A stretch of 36,247 nucleotides of DNA from a virus (taxonomy: Duplodnaviria > Caudoviricetes), in IMG/VR virus record IMGVR_UViG_3300020045_003333, positions 1 through 36,247 of that record. One strand, 5' to 3'. Made by a program: the position numbers and the translations under genes. This document shows, one piece after another, positions 1 to 7,314 of this stretch. A model generated the notes under the pieces. That model was given only the letters and a program-made list of their open reading frames with translations. It searched no databases and was not told the DNA's origin. Each line of letters begins with the position of its first letter. Position 1 is the stretch's first letter.

Positions 1-121
1 ATTTCGTTTTTCATCTTATTTTGTTTTTAATTCATAATTCAATTTCTCATTCTCTTGCCATCTTTTACGGCTAATAGCCTCGGACATTTCTAAATCTTTA
101 GTAATCGCTTTCGTGTACCAA
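1..121. repeat. Terminal direct repeat (circular assembly overlap), identical to 36127-36247
   Basis: First 121 nt equal last 121 nt; the ATG at 14 (minus) is the Bet start at 36140, so genes read continuously across the junction. Confidence 0.95.
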
Positions 122-183
122 ATCAGTACAATAATGATTATAAATTCAAAGAAAGCTATTGCGGATAAAATTATTAGTTCCAT
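16..183 (-). CDS. Small membrane protein, 55 aa (MELIILSAIAFFEFIIIIVLIWYTK...)
   Basis: Hand-translated ORF below the track cutoff; N-terminal hydrophobic helix; tightly packed between neighbours. Confidence 0.65.
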   Translation of the reverse strand: MELIILSAIAFFEFIIIIVLIWYTKAITKDLEMSEAISRKRWQENEKLNYELKTK

Positions 184-184
184 A

Positions 185-367
185 TTACTGACCGTTTACG
201 ATTTCATACTGAACATCAATCTCACTAATAGGTCTGTCGAAAACAGGGTCTGATAGCTTAATTCTAAAAGCCATTTCTTTAACCTGTTTTAGTTCGTCGT
301 TTAATCTTTGATTTTCTTTCTGCAATGCTTCGATTTGAAACTTTTGCAATTCTTGTAAGTCGCTCAT
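185..367 (-). CDS. Hypothetical coiled-coil protein
   Basis: ORF track, operonic packing. Confidence 0.6.
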   Translation of the reverse strand: MSDLQELQKFQIEALQKENQRLNDELKQVKEMAFRIKLSDPVFDRPISEIDVQYEIVNGQ

Positions 368-370
368 AGT

Positions 371-850
371 TTAGTTTTTAAATTGTTGTAAATATTTATC
401 GATTTCCTTTTGTTGAACTCTTCTTGTAAATCCAAAAATTACAGTTTGAATTTGTTTTTTATCAATTAGCTTATATAAAGTAGGTCTGCTAATACCTATT
501 AATTCGGCTGCTTTTTGTAAAGACACACCTAAATCACACCCTTCTATTTTGCGTTCTTTCCTCTCTAAATCAGTTCTCCCGTTAGGTTTGATTAATACTA
601 TATTAAGTCCTTTATCAATACAATTATACTTTAACTGATAATAATTTTCTCTAATAGATAATTGAGATTTTTCACATTCTTCTAATATTTCAAAAGTATG
701 ATTTTCAACGCCGTATTTTTCGTAGGAATTTTTCACTTTGTAGTTTATTTTATTCATACATTTATGGCTTTTAATCCGACTTAATATGTTTAAAGAACTA
801 CCGATATAACACTCATTTTTAGGATTTGTTATTTTATAAATACCTATCAT
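371..850 (-). CDS. GIY-YIG endonuclease domain fused to excisionase-like HTH (HTH_17)
   Basis: GIYKITN...YIGSS...R at N-terminus; C-terminal SLQKAAELIGISRPTLYKLI...RRV. Confidence 0.8.
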   Translation of the reverse strand: MIGIYKITNPKNECYIGSSLNILSRIKSHKCMNKINYKVKNSYEKYGVENHTFEILEECEKSQLSIRENYYQLKYNCIDKGLNIVLIKPNGRTDLERKERKIEGCDLGVSLQKAAELIGISRPTLYKLIDKKQIQTVIFGFTRRVQQKEIDKYLQQFKN

Positions 851-851
851 A

Positions 852-1007
852 TCACTTATTTTTTAAGCGTTTTTCATATTCCTTATTAACAGCATTTTCT
901 GCAATTGCTTTACAGTTAAGCAATCCAAGCTCTTCAATTACTTTATTTTTTACGCTTGCTGGAATTGACTTCCTTTTTTCTGATTCTTCTATTCCGTATC
1001 TTCCCAT
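852..1007 (-). CDS. Small putative DNA-binding regulator, 51 aa (MGRYGIEESEKRKSIPASVKNKVIEEL...)
   Basis: Hand-translated; first gene after the leftward promoter; abuts the GIY-YIG start. Confidence 0.55.
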   Translation of the reverse strand: MGRYGIEESEKRKSIPASVKNKVIEELGLLNCKAIAENAVNKEYEKRLKNK

Positions 1008-1036
1008 TTTTTAATTATTTAATGATTAATAATAAG

Positions 1037-1044
1037 CAAATGTA
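1037..1044 (-). promoter_or_regulatory. Leftward Bacteroidota sigma70 -7 element (TACATTTG)
   Basis: Matches TAnnTTTG, 30 nt upstream of the 1007 ATG. Confidence 0.6.
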
Positions 1045-1109
1045 AATATAAAAACCTAATTAAACTAATTTTAAACTCTATTTATAATGATTTTAAATTA
1101 ACTAAATTG

Positions 1110-1140
1110 TTTGCATATTCAAAATTAAGTAATATCTTTA
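1110..1140 (+). promoter_or_regulatory. Rightward Bacteroidota-type promoter (TTTG-N19-TATCTTTA) driving the cassette array
   Basis: -33 TTTG and -7 TAnnTTTG with one mismatch at canonical spacing, in a divergent intergenic region. Confidence 0.6.
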
Positions 1141-1173
1141 CACCATAGAAATAACAATTAAAAAATAGAAATT

Positions 1174-1461
1174 ATGAACCCAGACGATTACATAGAAGGA
1201 ACATTTAGAAATGACAACCCAATCAATCAAAAAGATATGGATTTAGAAGATTTTGAATCTGATAACATTGCAGAATGTATGGAGTACTATAAACGTACTG
1301 GAGATATTGAACCTTTAGAAAATGCAATAGTTACGTTTGAGGCTAATAAAGTAAATATGTTAGAAGAAATAGCTTTCTGCGTAGATGTTTTAAGAGTGGT
1401 TCATAACGACGGTGTGGCAAATAGATTGCAACGAATCAAAAATAATTTAAAAAATAGTTAG
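1174..1461 (+). CDS. Hypothetical early protein
   Basis: ORF track; A-rich translation initiation region. Confidence 0.7.
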   Translation: MNPDDYIEGTFRNDNPINQKDMDLEDFESDNIAECMEYYKRTGDIEPLENAIVTFEANKVNMLEEIAFCVDVLRVVHNDGVANRLQRIKNNLKNS

Positions 1462-1462
1462 G

Positions 1463-1549
1463 ATGGAATTAGAATCAGAGTTTATCAAAAGATTACAGGA
1501 TAAAAGTTTGGATAGGTGTGTTTGTGAGGCGTTCGCGCCTTTCGCATAA
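1463..1549 (+). CDS. 28-aa mini-ORF ending on the TAA of the first att core
   Basis: MELESEFIKRLQDKSLDRCVCEAFAPFA*, starts 2 nt after the previous stop. Confidence 0.35.
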   Translation: MELESEFIKRLQDKSLDRCVCEAFAPFA

Positions 1550-1671
1550 CGTTGAGCATAACTCTGTTACGTACTAAACAAGCCGAAACATTCAGATTAA
1601 AAACCGTATCACTGATACAAACTAAACTATAAATTCAATACCGATACCGTAATTAGTGTTATGCATTGTTA
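1547..1671 (-). repeat. attC-like site A (most divergent)
   Basis: TAAC-gttga-GCATAACtctGTTACG...CGTAATtagtGTTATGC-att-GTTA. Confidence 0.7.
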
Positions 1672-1781
1672 TATTCTCGGTTTTTCGGCACAGTATTAAT
1701 CATTAAAACAAATAAAAAATGTCAAAACAATTAAACCACGAAGACCGTCTTTAACCACTTCTATTGGCGGTTAATGCTAAC
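1668..1781 (+). pseudogene. Remnant/fused cassette with 11-codon ORF (MSKQLNHEDRL*, ATG 1719)
   Basis: The only unit whose two ends do not match (GTTATATTCTC vs TTAATGCTAAC). Confidence 0.55.
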
Positions 1782-1902
1782 GTTTGCTACTACAAGCAGT
1801 AGCGTGCAAACAAGCCAAAACATCGGAGTTTGCCCGAACAATGCAAACACAAAATATTATTAACCTAATGACTATTGAAGCTATTGATTGTAGTAGTTGT
1901 TA
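1778..1902 (-). repeat. attC-like site B
   Basis: TAACG...ACTACAAGCAGTAGC / GCTATTGATTGTAGT...TGTTA. Confidence 0.85.
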
Positions 1903-1918
1903 TAACCAGTATTTTTTT

Positions 1919-2236
1919 ATGCACACATTAATAATAAAGCACAAATTTCATAGTGGAGATATTGTTTATTTCCTAAAAGAAAACGAGGTAAGAAAAGGAA
2001 TTGTTTCAAAAGTAATGTTTGACATTGAAACTGTTGGTTTTTCTGATGGATATTATGTTCAAAAGCTATTTAAAAAACTGATAGCAAATTTTGATAAAGA
2101 AAGACAATACAAAAAAAGATTAAGGTATCAAATAGATTTACTTTATAAAGATAAAGATGAGTATTATTCTACACCTCATTATTTTGAAGAAAATCAACTA
2201 TTTTTCAAAAAACGTGATTTAACCGATAGTTTGTAA
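1919..2236 (+). CDS. Cassette 1 gene, hypothetical (KFHSGDIVYF, SH3/KOW-like N-terminus)
   Basis: ATG 1919 preferred to the track start at 1784, which lies in site B. Confidence 0.7.
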   Translation: MHTLIIKHKFHSGDIVYFLKENEVRKGIVSKVMFDIETVGFSDGYYVQKLFKKLIANFDKERQYKKRLRYQIDLLYKDKDEYYSTPHYFEENQLFFKKRDLTDSL

Positions 2237-2245
2237 TATTGGTTA

Positions 2246-2330
2246 TAACGGCGGATGCTACACGCCGTATGCCAAAATAAAAGTTGAATCAAAGAACAAA
2301 ACGTCTGCATATGGCTTGTAGCATATGTTA
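2246..2330 (-). repeat. attC-like site C
   Basis: TAACG...ATGCTACACGCCGTATGC / GCATATGGCTTGTAGCAT...TGTTA. Confidence 0.85.
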
Positions 2331-2379
2331 GTAGCTGGACGGATTATTAAAACGAAAATAAACTTGTAAAAATAAAATT

Positions 2380-2667
2380 ATGGAATGTCCAAATTGCGGA
2401 AGCGAATTATTAGATGAAGGTGCTTGGGGCTATCTTGCATCACATCAATCAGGAGAAGTATTAGGAAGAACTTATAGATGTCCTAATCACGAAGGTTTTG
2501 AAACGGAAGAATTAGCAAATGAATTTTTGAAAAATACAGAAAGAACAATGGAAGACTTAGGTGTTTCAAGTTGGGATGAAATAACTTGTGATAGTTCAAT
2601 GCACAATGTATCTGGATGTTTTTACACAGATAAACAGAACAATCTACAGGAGGGATATCCTTGTTAA
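2380..2667 (+). CDS. Cassette 2 gene, Cys-rich putative zinc-binding protein
   Basis: CPNCG...YRCPN motifs. Confidence 0.75.
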   Translation: MECPNCGSELLDEGAWGYLASHQSGEVLGRTYRCPNHEGFETEELANEFLKNTERTMEDLGVSSWDEITCDSSMHNVSGCFYTDKQNNLQEGYPC

Positions 2668-2688
2668 CGAAAAACGTAGTCTTGCTAC

Positions 2689-2816
2689 TAACGTCCACGG
2701 CTTGTTTTTCGGCTGTGCAAGGAAACCAAATGTAACGGATTAAAAACCATAAAAACTAATACAAGATGGACAATCAATTAAACCTAAATGAAAAGCTGAA
2801 AAGCAAGCCGTTGTTA
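2689..2816 (-). repeat. attC-like site D (contains the ATG of gene 3)
   Basis: TAACG...ACGGCTTGTTTTTCGGCT / AGCTGAAAAGCAAGCCGT-TGTTA. Confidence 0.85.
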
Positions 2817-3203
2817 CCAGTAGTGTTTTTGGCGAATTATTTTCCCTATGACGTGAAAATAAAACAACGCCCTTTTTCTGAAATAGAAATTTTGAAAACA
2901 AAGCATTTAAAAGATAGTTTTTCTAAAGATGTTATTTTGATTTTAAAACCTTTATCAGATTTAATAGACAATATTTTAGATGATAATAATGATGCTAATT
3001 ATCAATTAAGTTGTGAATTAGCTGATTTATTGAACACGACAGATAGTACTTATTTTGTAAAAGCATTAATTCAAAATACTTATTATGCAATCGACCATAG
3101 ACTATGGACAGATATTGAAACTTGGCTGAATAAAAACCATTTTGATTGGAAATACAATCTTATTGAAAATGGTTTGGCGTTTTCAATCTACGATGTTGTG
3201 TAA
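2766..3203 (+). CDS. Cassette 3 gene, hypothetical phage protein (LILKPLSDL...WLNKNHFD...LIENGLA)
   Basis: ORF track; its only ATG lies inside site D. Confidence 0.75.
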   Translation: MDNQLNLNEKLKSKPLLPVVFLANYFPYDVKIKQRPFSEIEILKTKHLKDSFSKDVILILKPLSDLIDNILDDNNDANYQLSCELADLLNTTDSTYFVKALIQNTYYAIDHRLWTDIETWLNKNHFDWKYNLIENGLAFSIYDVV

Positions 3204-3212
3204 CATTACTGG

Positions 3213-3293
3213 TAACGTTTGCGGCTTGGCGATGTGCCTAATACAAACGTGAATTAAAAAATATTAATCTAGCATATTGCCAAACCGCTGTTA
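3213..3293 (-). repeat. attC-like site E
   Basis: TAACG...GCGGCTTGGCGATGTGC / GCATATTGCCAAACCGC-TGTTA. Confidence 0.85.
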
Positions 3294-3324
3294 TAAGAAT
3301 TAGCGGGTAATTAAAACATAAACG

Positions 3325-3522
3325 ATGATAAAAACACTAAACATTAGTTACGGAATGTCAGATGAAACAAAAGTTTCAGTAGGCGAATTTGAAGTTGAAA
3401 TTTACGATGAAATTGAAAACTCATTAGAAGATATAATTTCAGTCGTTCAAGGCAGAATTAGTTTAAAAAAACTAAAAAAAATAAACATTACAATAGAAGA
3501 AATTTCTACCGAAGAAGATTAG
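3325..3522 (+). CDS. Cassette 4 gene, hypothetical
   Basis: ORF track; fills the cassette. Confidence 0.7.
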   Translation: MIKTLNISYGMSDETKVSVGEFEVEIYDEIENSLEDIISVVQGRISLKKLKKINITIEEISTEED

Positions 3523-3535
3523 TAGCTATTTCTTA

Positions 3536-3608
3536 TAACGTTCTCTTGCTACAAGATGCCAGCCTATGCGGTTGCGTATATTCGGCTGGTAGCTTGTAGC
3601 AAGTGTTA
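3536..3608 (-). repeat. attC-like site F (shortest, 73 bp)
   Basis: TAACG...CTTGCTACAAGATGCCAGCC / GGCTGGTAGCTTGTAGCAAG-TGTTA. Confidence 0.85.
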
Positions 3609-3662
3609 TGCCTAGTACGGCAATTATTCACTAATTTTGAATTAAACTAAAATATAAAAAAA

Positions 3663-3929
3663 ATGGAAAAATTATTCAAATCAGAACAAAAAACACCAAA
3701 ACACATTGCAAACAACACGCCTAAAGAAGTTGTTGAAAAAACTTTTATTCTAAATTTCTTTAAAGAATTACCAATTGAAAGTTTGAAGAAGTTAATAAAC
3801 TTTCAAGAAATAGATTTCGAAAACAGTAAGTTATGGGAAGACCCTAAAAACCGTGAATTATTATCACAATTAAGAGATGAAAATGTTGTGAAATATACTT
3901 GTGAGTTGTCTTTGGATTTCGAATCGTAG
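3663..3929 (+). CDS. Cassette 5 gene, hypothetical
   Basis: ORF track; fills the cassette. Confidence 0.7.
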   Translation: MEKLFKSEQKTPKHIANNTPKEVVEKTFILNFFKELPIESLKKLINFQEIDFENSKLWEDPKNRELLSQLRDENVVKYTCELSLDFES

Positions 3930-3938
3930 TATTAGGCA

Positions 3939-4029
3939 TAACGTTTTCGGGCTTGGCGAAGTACCGCCTTGCACAAATGTTGAATTATAGTACAAAGGCT
4001 TGTGGCGGTATTTTGCCAAACCACTGTTA
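3939..4029 (-). repeat. attC-like site G
   Basis: TAACG...GGCTTGGCGAAGTACCGCC / GGCGGTATTTTGCCAAACC...TGTTA. Confidence 0.85.
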
Positions 4030-4076
4030 TAAGCCGTTTTTATTCGTGTTTGGCTTAACAATTTAATTTAAAAACA

Positions 4077-4412
4077 ATGGAAAAGAAATTAGGAAAAATT
4101 GAAAGCGTAACATTTGGAATAGGAGGTTACCAAGATTGTATGCTAGGACTTCAAGTAACGCTAGGAAATAACGGATGGGGCGTTGGCGATAATAGAAGTG
4201 CTTGGGATGCCGAAAGAATTAGTTGGTCAGAAAATTGCAAATGGACAGAAGAAGATAGAGACAGACAATATTCTGAAATTATGAGATATTTATCAAAATT
4301 ACTAAAAGATGCAAAAGTTGATAGCGTTGACAAATTAAAAGGAATACCTGTTGAAGTTACTTTTGATGGTAATATGTTAAAAGAATGGCGTGTTCTTACG
4401 GAGGTTCTGTAA
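4077..4412 (+). CDS. Cassette 6 gene, hypothetical phage protein
   Basis: ORF track; fills the cassette. Confidence 0.75.
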   Translation: MEKKLGKIESVTFGIGGYQDCMLGLQVTLGNNGWGVGDNRSAWDAERISWSENCKWTEEDRDRQYSEIMRYLSKLLKDAKVDSVDKLKGIPVEVTFDGNMLKEWRVLTEVL

Positions 4413-4421
4413 AATGGCTTA

Positions 4422-4549
4422 TAACGACCTGCAACTTGTGGTAGTTTGGGGTAAATAAATCCTAAAGTACCGATTCAAAACAGATTTTACAAATACAAGA
4501 CCAAAAATAAATTAATAACTAATGCCCGAATTACCACAAATTGCTGTTA
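4422..4549 (-). repeat. attC-like site H
   Basis: TAACG...GCAACTTGTGGTAGTTTGGG / CCCGAATTACCACAAATTGC-TGTTA. Confidence 0.85.
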
Positions 4550-4578
4550 TAGCTTGTGGTGGGTAACTAAAACAAAAC

Positions 4579-4971
4579 GTGATGAAAGCAGAAGAATTAA
4601 GAATAGGGAATCTCGTAACATTAGATGAAAAACAAAGGAAAGATTTATGGGATAATCAAATACACGCTCAAAATGATTTCTTCGAGGTAAAGACTATTTA
4701 CAGCGCTAATGACATTTCTATTGAGGTAGATGATGAAATAATAGACATTTCAGAAGATGATGTGGATGGAATATTACTGAATGAAGAATGGTTTTTAAAA
4801 TGTAAATCAAATAGCATTTTTAATAACGGATTTACCTATAAAAAAACAAGTACAGGAAGGTTTGAAATTTATGTGGGAATATCATTGATTACGGTAATCG
4901 AATTTGTTCACGAATTACAGAATCTAAATTTCGCATTACTTGGAGAAAATGTTGTTTTTGAAAACGAATAA
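4579..4971 (+). CDS. Cassette 7 gene, ELRIGNLV...VHELQNL family phage protein (paralog of 8793-9149)
   Basis: Shares three motif blocks with the 118-aa ORF. Confidence 0.8.
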   Translation: MMKAEELRIGNLVTLDEKQRKDLWDNQIHAQNDFFEVKTIYSANDISIEVDDEIIDISEDDVDGILLNEEWFLKCKSNSIFNNGFTYKKTSTGRFEIYVGISLITVIEFVHELQNLNFALLGENVVFENE

Positions 4972-4983
4972 AGCCATAATCTA

Positions 4984-5101
4984 TAACGTTCCCTCGCTTT
5001 GCTTAGTGCGGGACTTATGAAAACTAAATTTAATGATTAAAAATAAACGTAAATGAAAAACGATATAAACGAAAAGCCCGCATTGAGCAAAACGAGTGTT
5101 A
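4984..5101 (-). repeat. attC-like site I (contains the ATG of gene 8)
   Basis: TAACG...CTCGCTTTGCTTAGTGCGGG / CCCGCATTGAGCAAAACGAG-TGTTA. Confidence 0.85.
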
Positions 5102-5421
5102 GCGGTAGTTTTACTGTCGAAGATATGATAGGATTTGCAGATTGGTGCAGAAATGGATTACTAAATACTGAATATTCTATTGACAGAATACACGAACATT
5201 TAGAAGCTTGGATATTACAACACAGAAAAGATGTAATTACTCTAAAAATAGAGTTTGAAGATTGGCATTATCAATGCGGTGATAAATGTTGCGATAATTA
5301 CGGAACTGATATTTATCTTAATGATAAAAAATTGGATGAGCAATATGCAGAAGATAGTAAAAATGCTTTAAAAGCTGTCTTATCCGAACTTGGTTATGCG
5401 GTTGATATAAATTACCGCTAA
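5053..5421 (+). CDS. Cassette 8 gene, hypothetical
   Basis: Starts in site I, stops on the TAA of site J core. Confidence 0.7.
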   Translation: MKNDINEKPALSKTSVSGSFTVEDMIGFADWCRNGLLNTEYSIDRIHEHLEAWILQHRKDVITLKIEFEDWHYQCGDKCCDNYGTDIYLNDKKLDEQYAEDSKNALKAVLSELGYAVDINYR

Positions 5422-5542
5422 CGGCGGATGCTACACGATGGCTGGAAAAGTACAACCCAGACTTCGGATGATTACCCAAGAATAAAAGTACAAAACCAAC
5501 TTTAAATTTAACCCGGAACCAGCTATTGTGTAGCATATGTTA
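5419..5542 (-). repeat. attC-like site J
   Basis: TAACG...ATGCTACACGATGGCTGG / CCAGCTATTGTGTAGCAT...TGTTA. Confidence 0.85.
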
Positions 5543-5569
5543 CTGGCTGTGTTTTTAAAATCAAACGCA

Positions 5570-5887
5570 ATGAAACAAATTATTTCTGTGTTATCAAACA
5601 CACATTACACACAAGAAGAAAATGACAAAGATTTTGTCTTAAAGCCAATGATGGAATTGATTATTATTTATGCAGATGGCAAAGAGCATAAAATAACTCC
5701 AAAAGGATTAAAACAAGAAGTCAAATGCTCCGAAGTAAGAATGATAGTAAGCCCTTATATGCTTGAAAGTCTAATTACTGATTTACAGTTACATCAAAAA
5801 AAGTTAGCTGGAATAACCGCTAATGCTGATAAATTAACGGCTTTGATTAAGCATATTTCTTCTAACGACAAAGTTGAGCCAACATAG
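5570..5887 (+). CDS. Cassette 9 gene, hypothetical
   Basis: ATG 5570 preferred; alternative ATG 5537 lies in the site J arm. Confidence 0.7.
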   Translation: MKQIISVLSNTHYTQEENDKDFVLKPMMELIIIYADGKEHKITPKGLKQEVKCSEVRMIVSPYMLESLITDLQLHQKKLAGITANADKLTALIKHISSNDKVEPT

Positions 5888-5891
5888 CCAG

Positions 5892-6019
5892 TAACGTGTT
5901 GTGCTTGTCTCAGTGGCTAAGATTCAAGACCCAAGCACAACAGATAAATCCTGATTATTCCCGCCAGCGGTTTTTCCGAAGGAAAAAACGATGCAAGCCA
6001 TTGATACAAGCACGTGTTA
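5892..6019 (-). repeat. attC-like site K
   Basis: TAACG...GTGCTTGTCTCAGTGGCT / AGCCATTGATACAAGCAC...TGTTA; internal TTTTTCC-GAA-GGAAAAA mini-hairpin at 5971-5987. Confidence 0.85.
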
Positions 6020-6066
6020 TAAGTAGTGCTTTTTAAACGTAAATATTAATTAAATACTAAATAAAA

Positions 6067-6321
6067 ATGAAAAAAGTAATTATGGTAGCTATAACCTTAT
6101 TAGCGTTAAATTCTTGTACAGATGCTTCTAGAGCAAAAATAGGAGGGTTAGGAAGTAGATTTAAAGTTGAAATTGTGAATTGTGATGGCACAATAACTCA
6201 TTCGTGGATTAGTTCCGGAAAAGTTTCGAATTCATCAAGTTCCGATGGATATTTTTTCAATGACGAAAAAACAGGAACATTGATAGAAGTTTCTGGAAAT
6301 GTAATCATTACAATGCTGTAG
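6067..6321 (+). CDS. Cassette 10 gene, lipoprotein
   Basis: MKKVIMVAITLLALNS-C signal peptidase II lipobox. Confidence 0.8.
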   Translation: MKKVIMVAITLLALNSCTDASRAKIGGLGSRFKVEIVNCDGTITHSWISSGKVSNSSSSDGYFFNDEKTGTLIEVSGNVIITML

Positions 6322-6373
6322 ATATTATTGTAAATGCTACGGTTGTTTATTACCGCTACCGTAGCATTACTTA

Positions 6374-6501
6374 TAACGTTCTGCGGCTTTGTGATGTTGC
6401 CGAAAAAACACACACTAAACTTTAAATTTAAGACAAATGATTGAGGTACAAAACCAACTTGAAATTAAGCCTGAAACGGCAATAGCACAAAACCGCTGTT
6501 A
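6374..6501 (-). repeat. attC-like site L (contains the upstream ATG of the methylase)
   Basis: TAACG...GCGGCTTTGTGATGTTGCCG / CGGCAATAGCACAAAACCGC-TGTTA. Confidence 0.85.
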
Positions 6502-7189
6502 TGCGCAGCCTTTTTTTAATCTTATGAACAAAGATTGTTTTTTAGCAATTAAAGAAATACCAGATAATAGTGTTGATTTGATTGTTACCGACCCGCCTTA
6601 TGGAATTAATTTTACAAAAGGATATAAGAGTGGTTCAACTGAATTAGTACACGGAGATGATGGATTTTCTGTAATGGTTTTTGTTGATGAATTAATGAGA
6701 GAATTTAAAAGAATATTGAAACCTGAAAGTGCAATTTATATTTTTACTCGATTTGATGTTATGCCTTATTGGTGGTTGAAGATAAAAAACCATTTTGATG
6801 CTAAAAACCAAATTGTATGGTTTAAAGGCGGTGGGGGAATGGGAGATTTAAAGGGAAATTTCTCTTTTAACTATGAAAGTATAATGTTTGCAACAAATGG
6901 TAAACATCAAATAAGAGGCAAAAGAGATGGCAGTGTTTGGCAAATAGGAAAATGTAAACAAGAATATCACGAAACACAAAAGCCTGTAGAACTTATTGAA
7001 AAAATATTATTGCATAGTAGCGATGAATTTATGACAGTTTTTGACCCTTTTATGGGAAGCGGAACAACTGGAGTTGCTTGTAAAAATTTGAATAGAAATT
7101 TTATAGGTATAGAAATGATTAAGCAAAACTTTGATATAGCTGAAAAACGTATTTTAAACCACGATGTTCAATTACGTGCAGTTCTTTAA
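6437..7189 (+). CDS. Cassette 11 gene, beta-class N6-adenine/N4-cytosine DNA methyltransferase
   Basis: VDLIVTDPPY, HETQKP, DPFMGSGTTG motifs in beta order. Confidence 0.92.
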   Translation: MIEVQNQLEIKPETAIAQNRCYAQPFFNLMNKDCFLAIKEIPDNSVDLIVTDPPYGINFTKGYKSGSTELVHGDDGFSVMVFVDELMREFKRILKPESAIYIFTRFDVMPYWWLKIKNHFDAKNQIVWFKGGGGMGDLKGNFSFNYESIMFATNGKHQIRGKRDGSVWQIGKCKQEYHETQKPVELIEKILLHSSDEFMTVFDPFMGSGTTGVACKNLNRNFIGIEMIKQNFDIAEKRILNHDVQLRAVL

Positions 7190-7198
7190 GGTTGCGCA

Positions 7199-7314
7199 TA
7201 ACGGTCTGCCGCTTGGCTTAGTGCCGAGCTATGAAAACAAATATTAATTTTTAAAAATAAACGTGATGAAAAACGAAGAAAACGAAAATAAGGCATTGAG
7301 CCAAACGGCTGTTA
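7199..7314 (-). repeat. attC-like site M (contains the start of gene 12)
   Basis: TAACG...GCCGCTTGGCTTAGTGCC / GGCATTGAGCCAAACGGC-TGTTA. Confidence 0.85.

Noticed and set aside
1-121. Biological terminal repeat of the virion DNA
   Set aside because: An exact 121-nt overlap cutting through genes is typical of assembler circularisation, and the PBSX/SPP1-like terminase suggests headful packaging
826-1014. 62-aa + strand ORF
   Set aside because: Antisense shadow of the better-supported minus-strand ORF 852-1007
1784-1918. N-terminal 45 aa of the 150-aa track ORF
   Set aside because: The TTG start lies at the very edge of site B with no initiation context; ATG 1919 is more plausible
2483-6413. 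Minus-strand ORFs in the array (2483, 3870, 4151, 5318, 6198)
   Set aside because: Antisense to real genes or spanning hairpin sites, with no protein-like features
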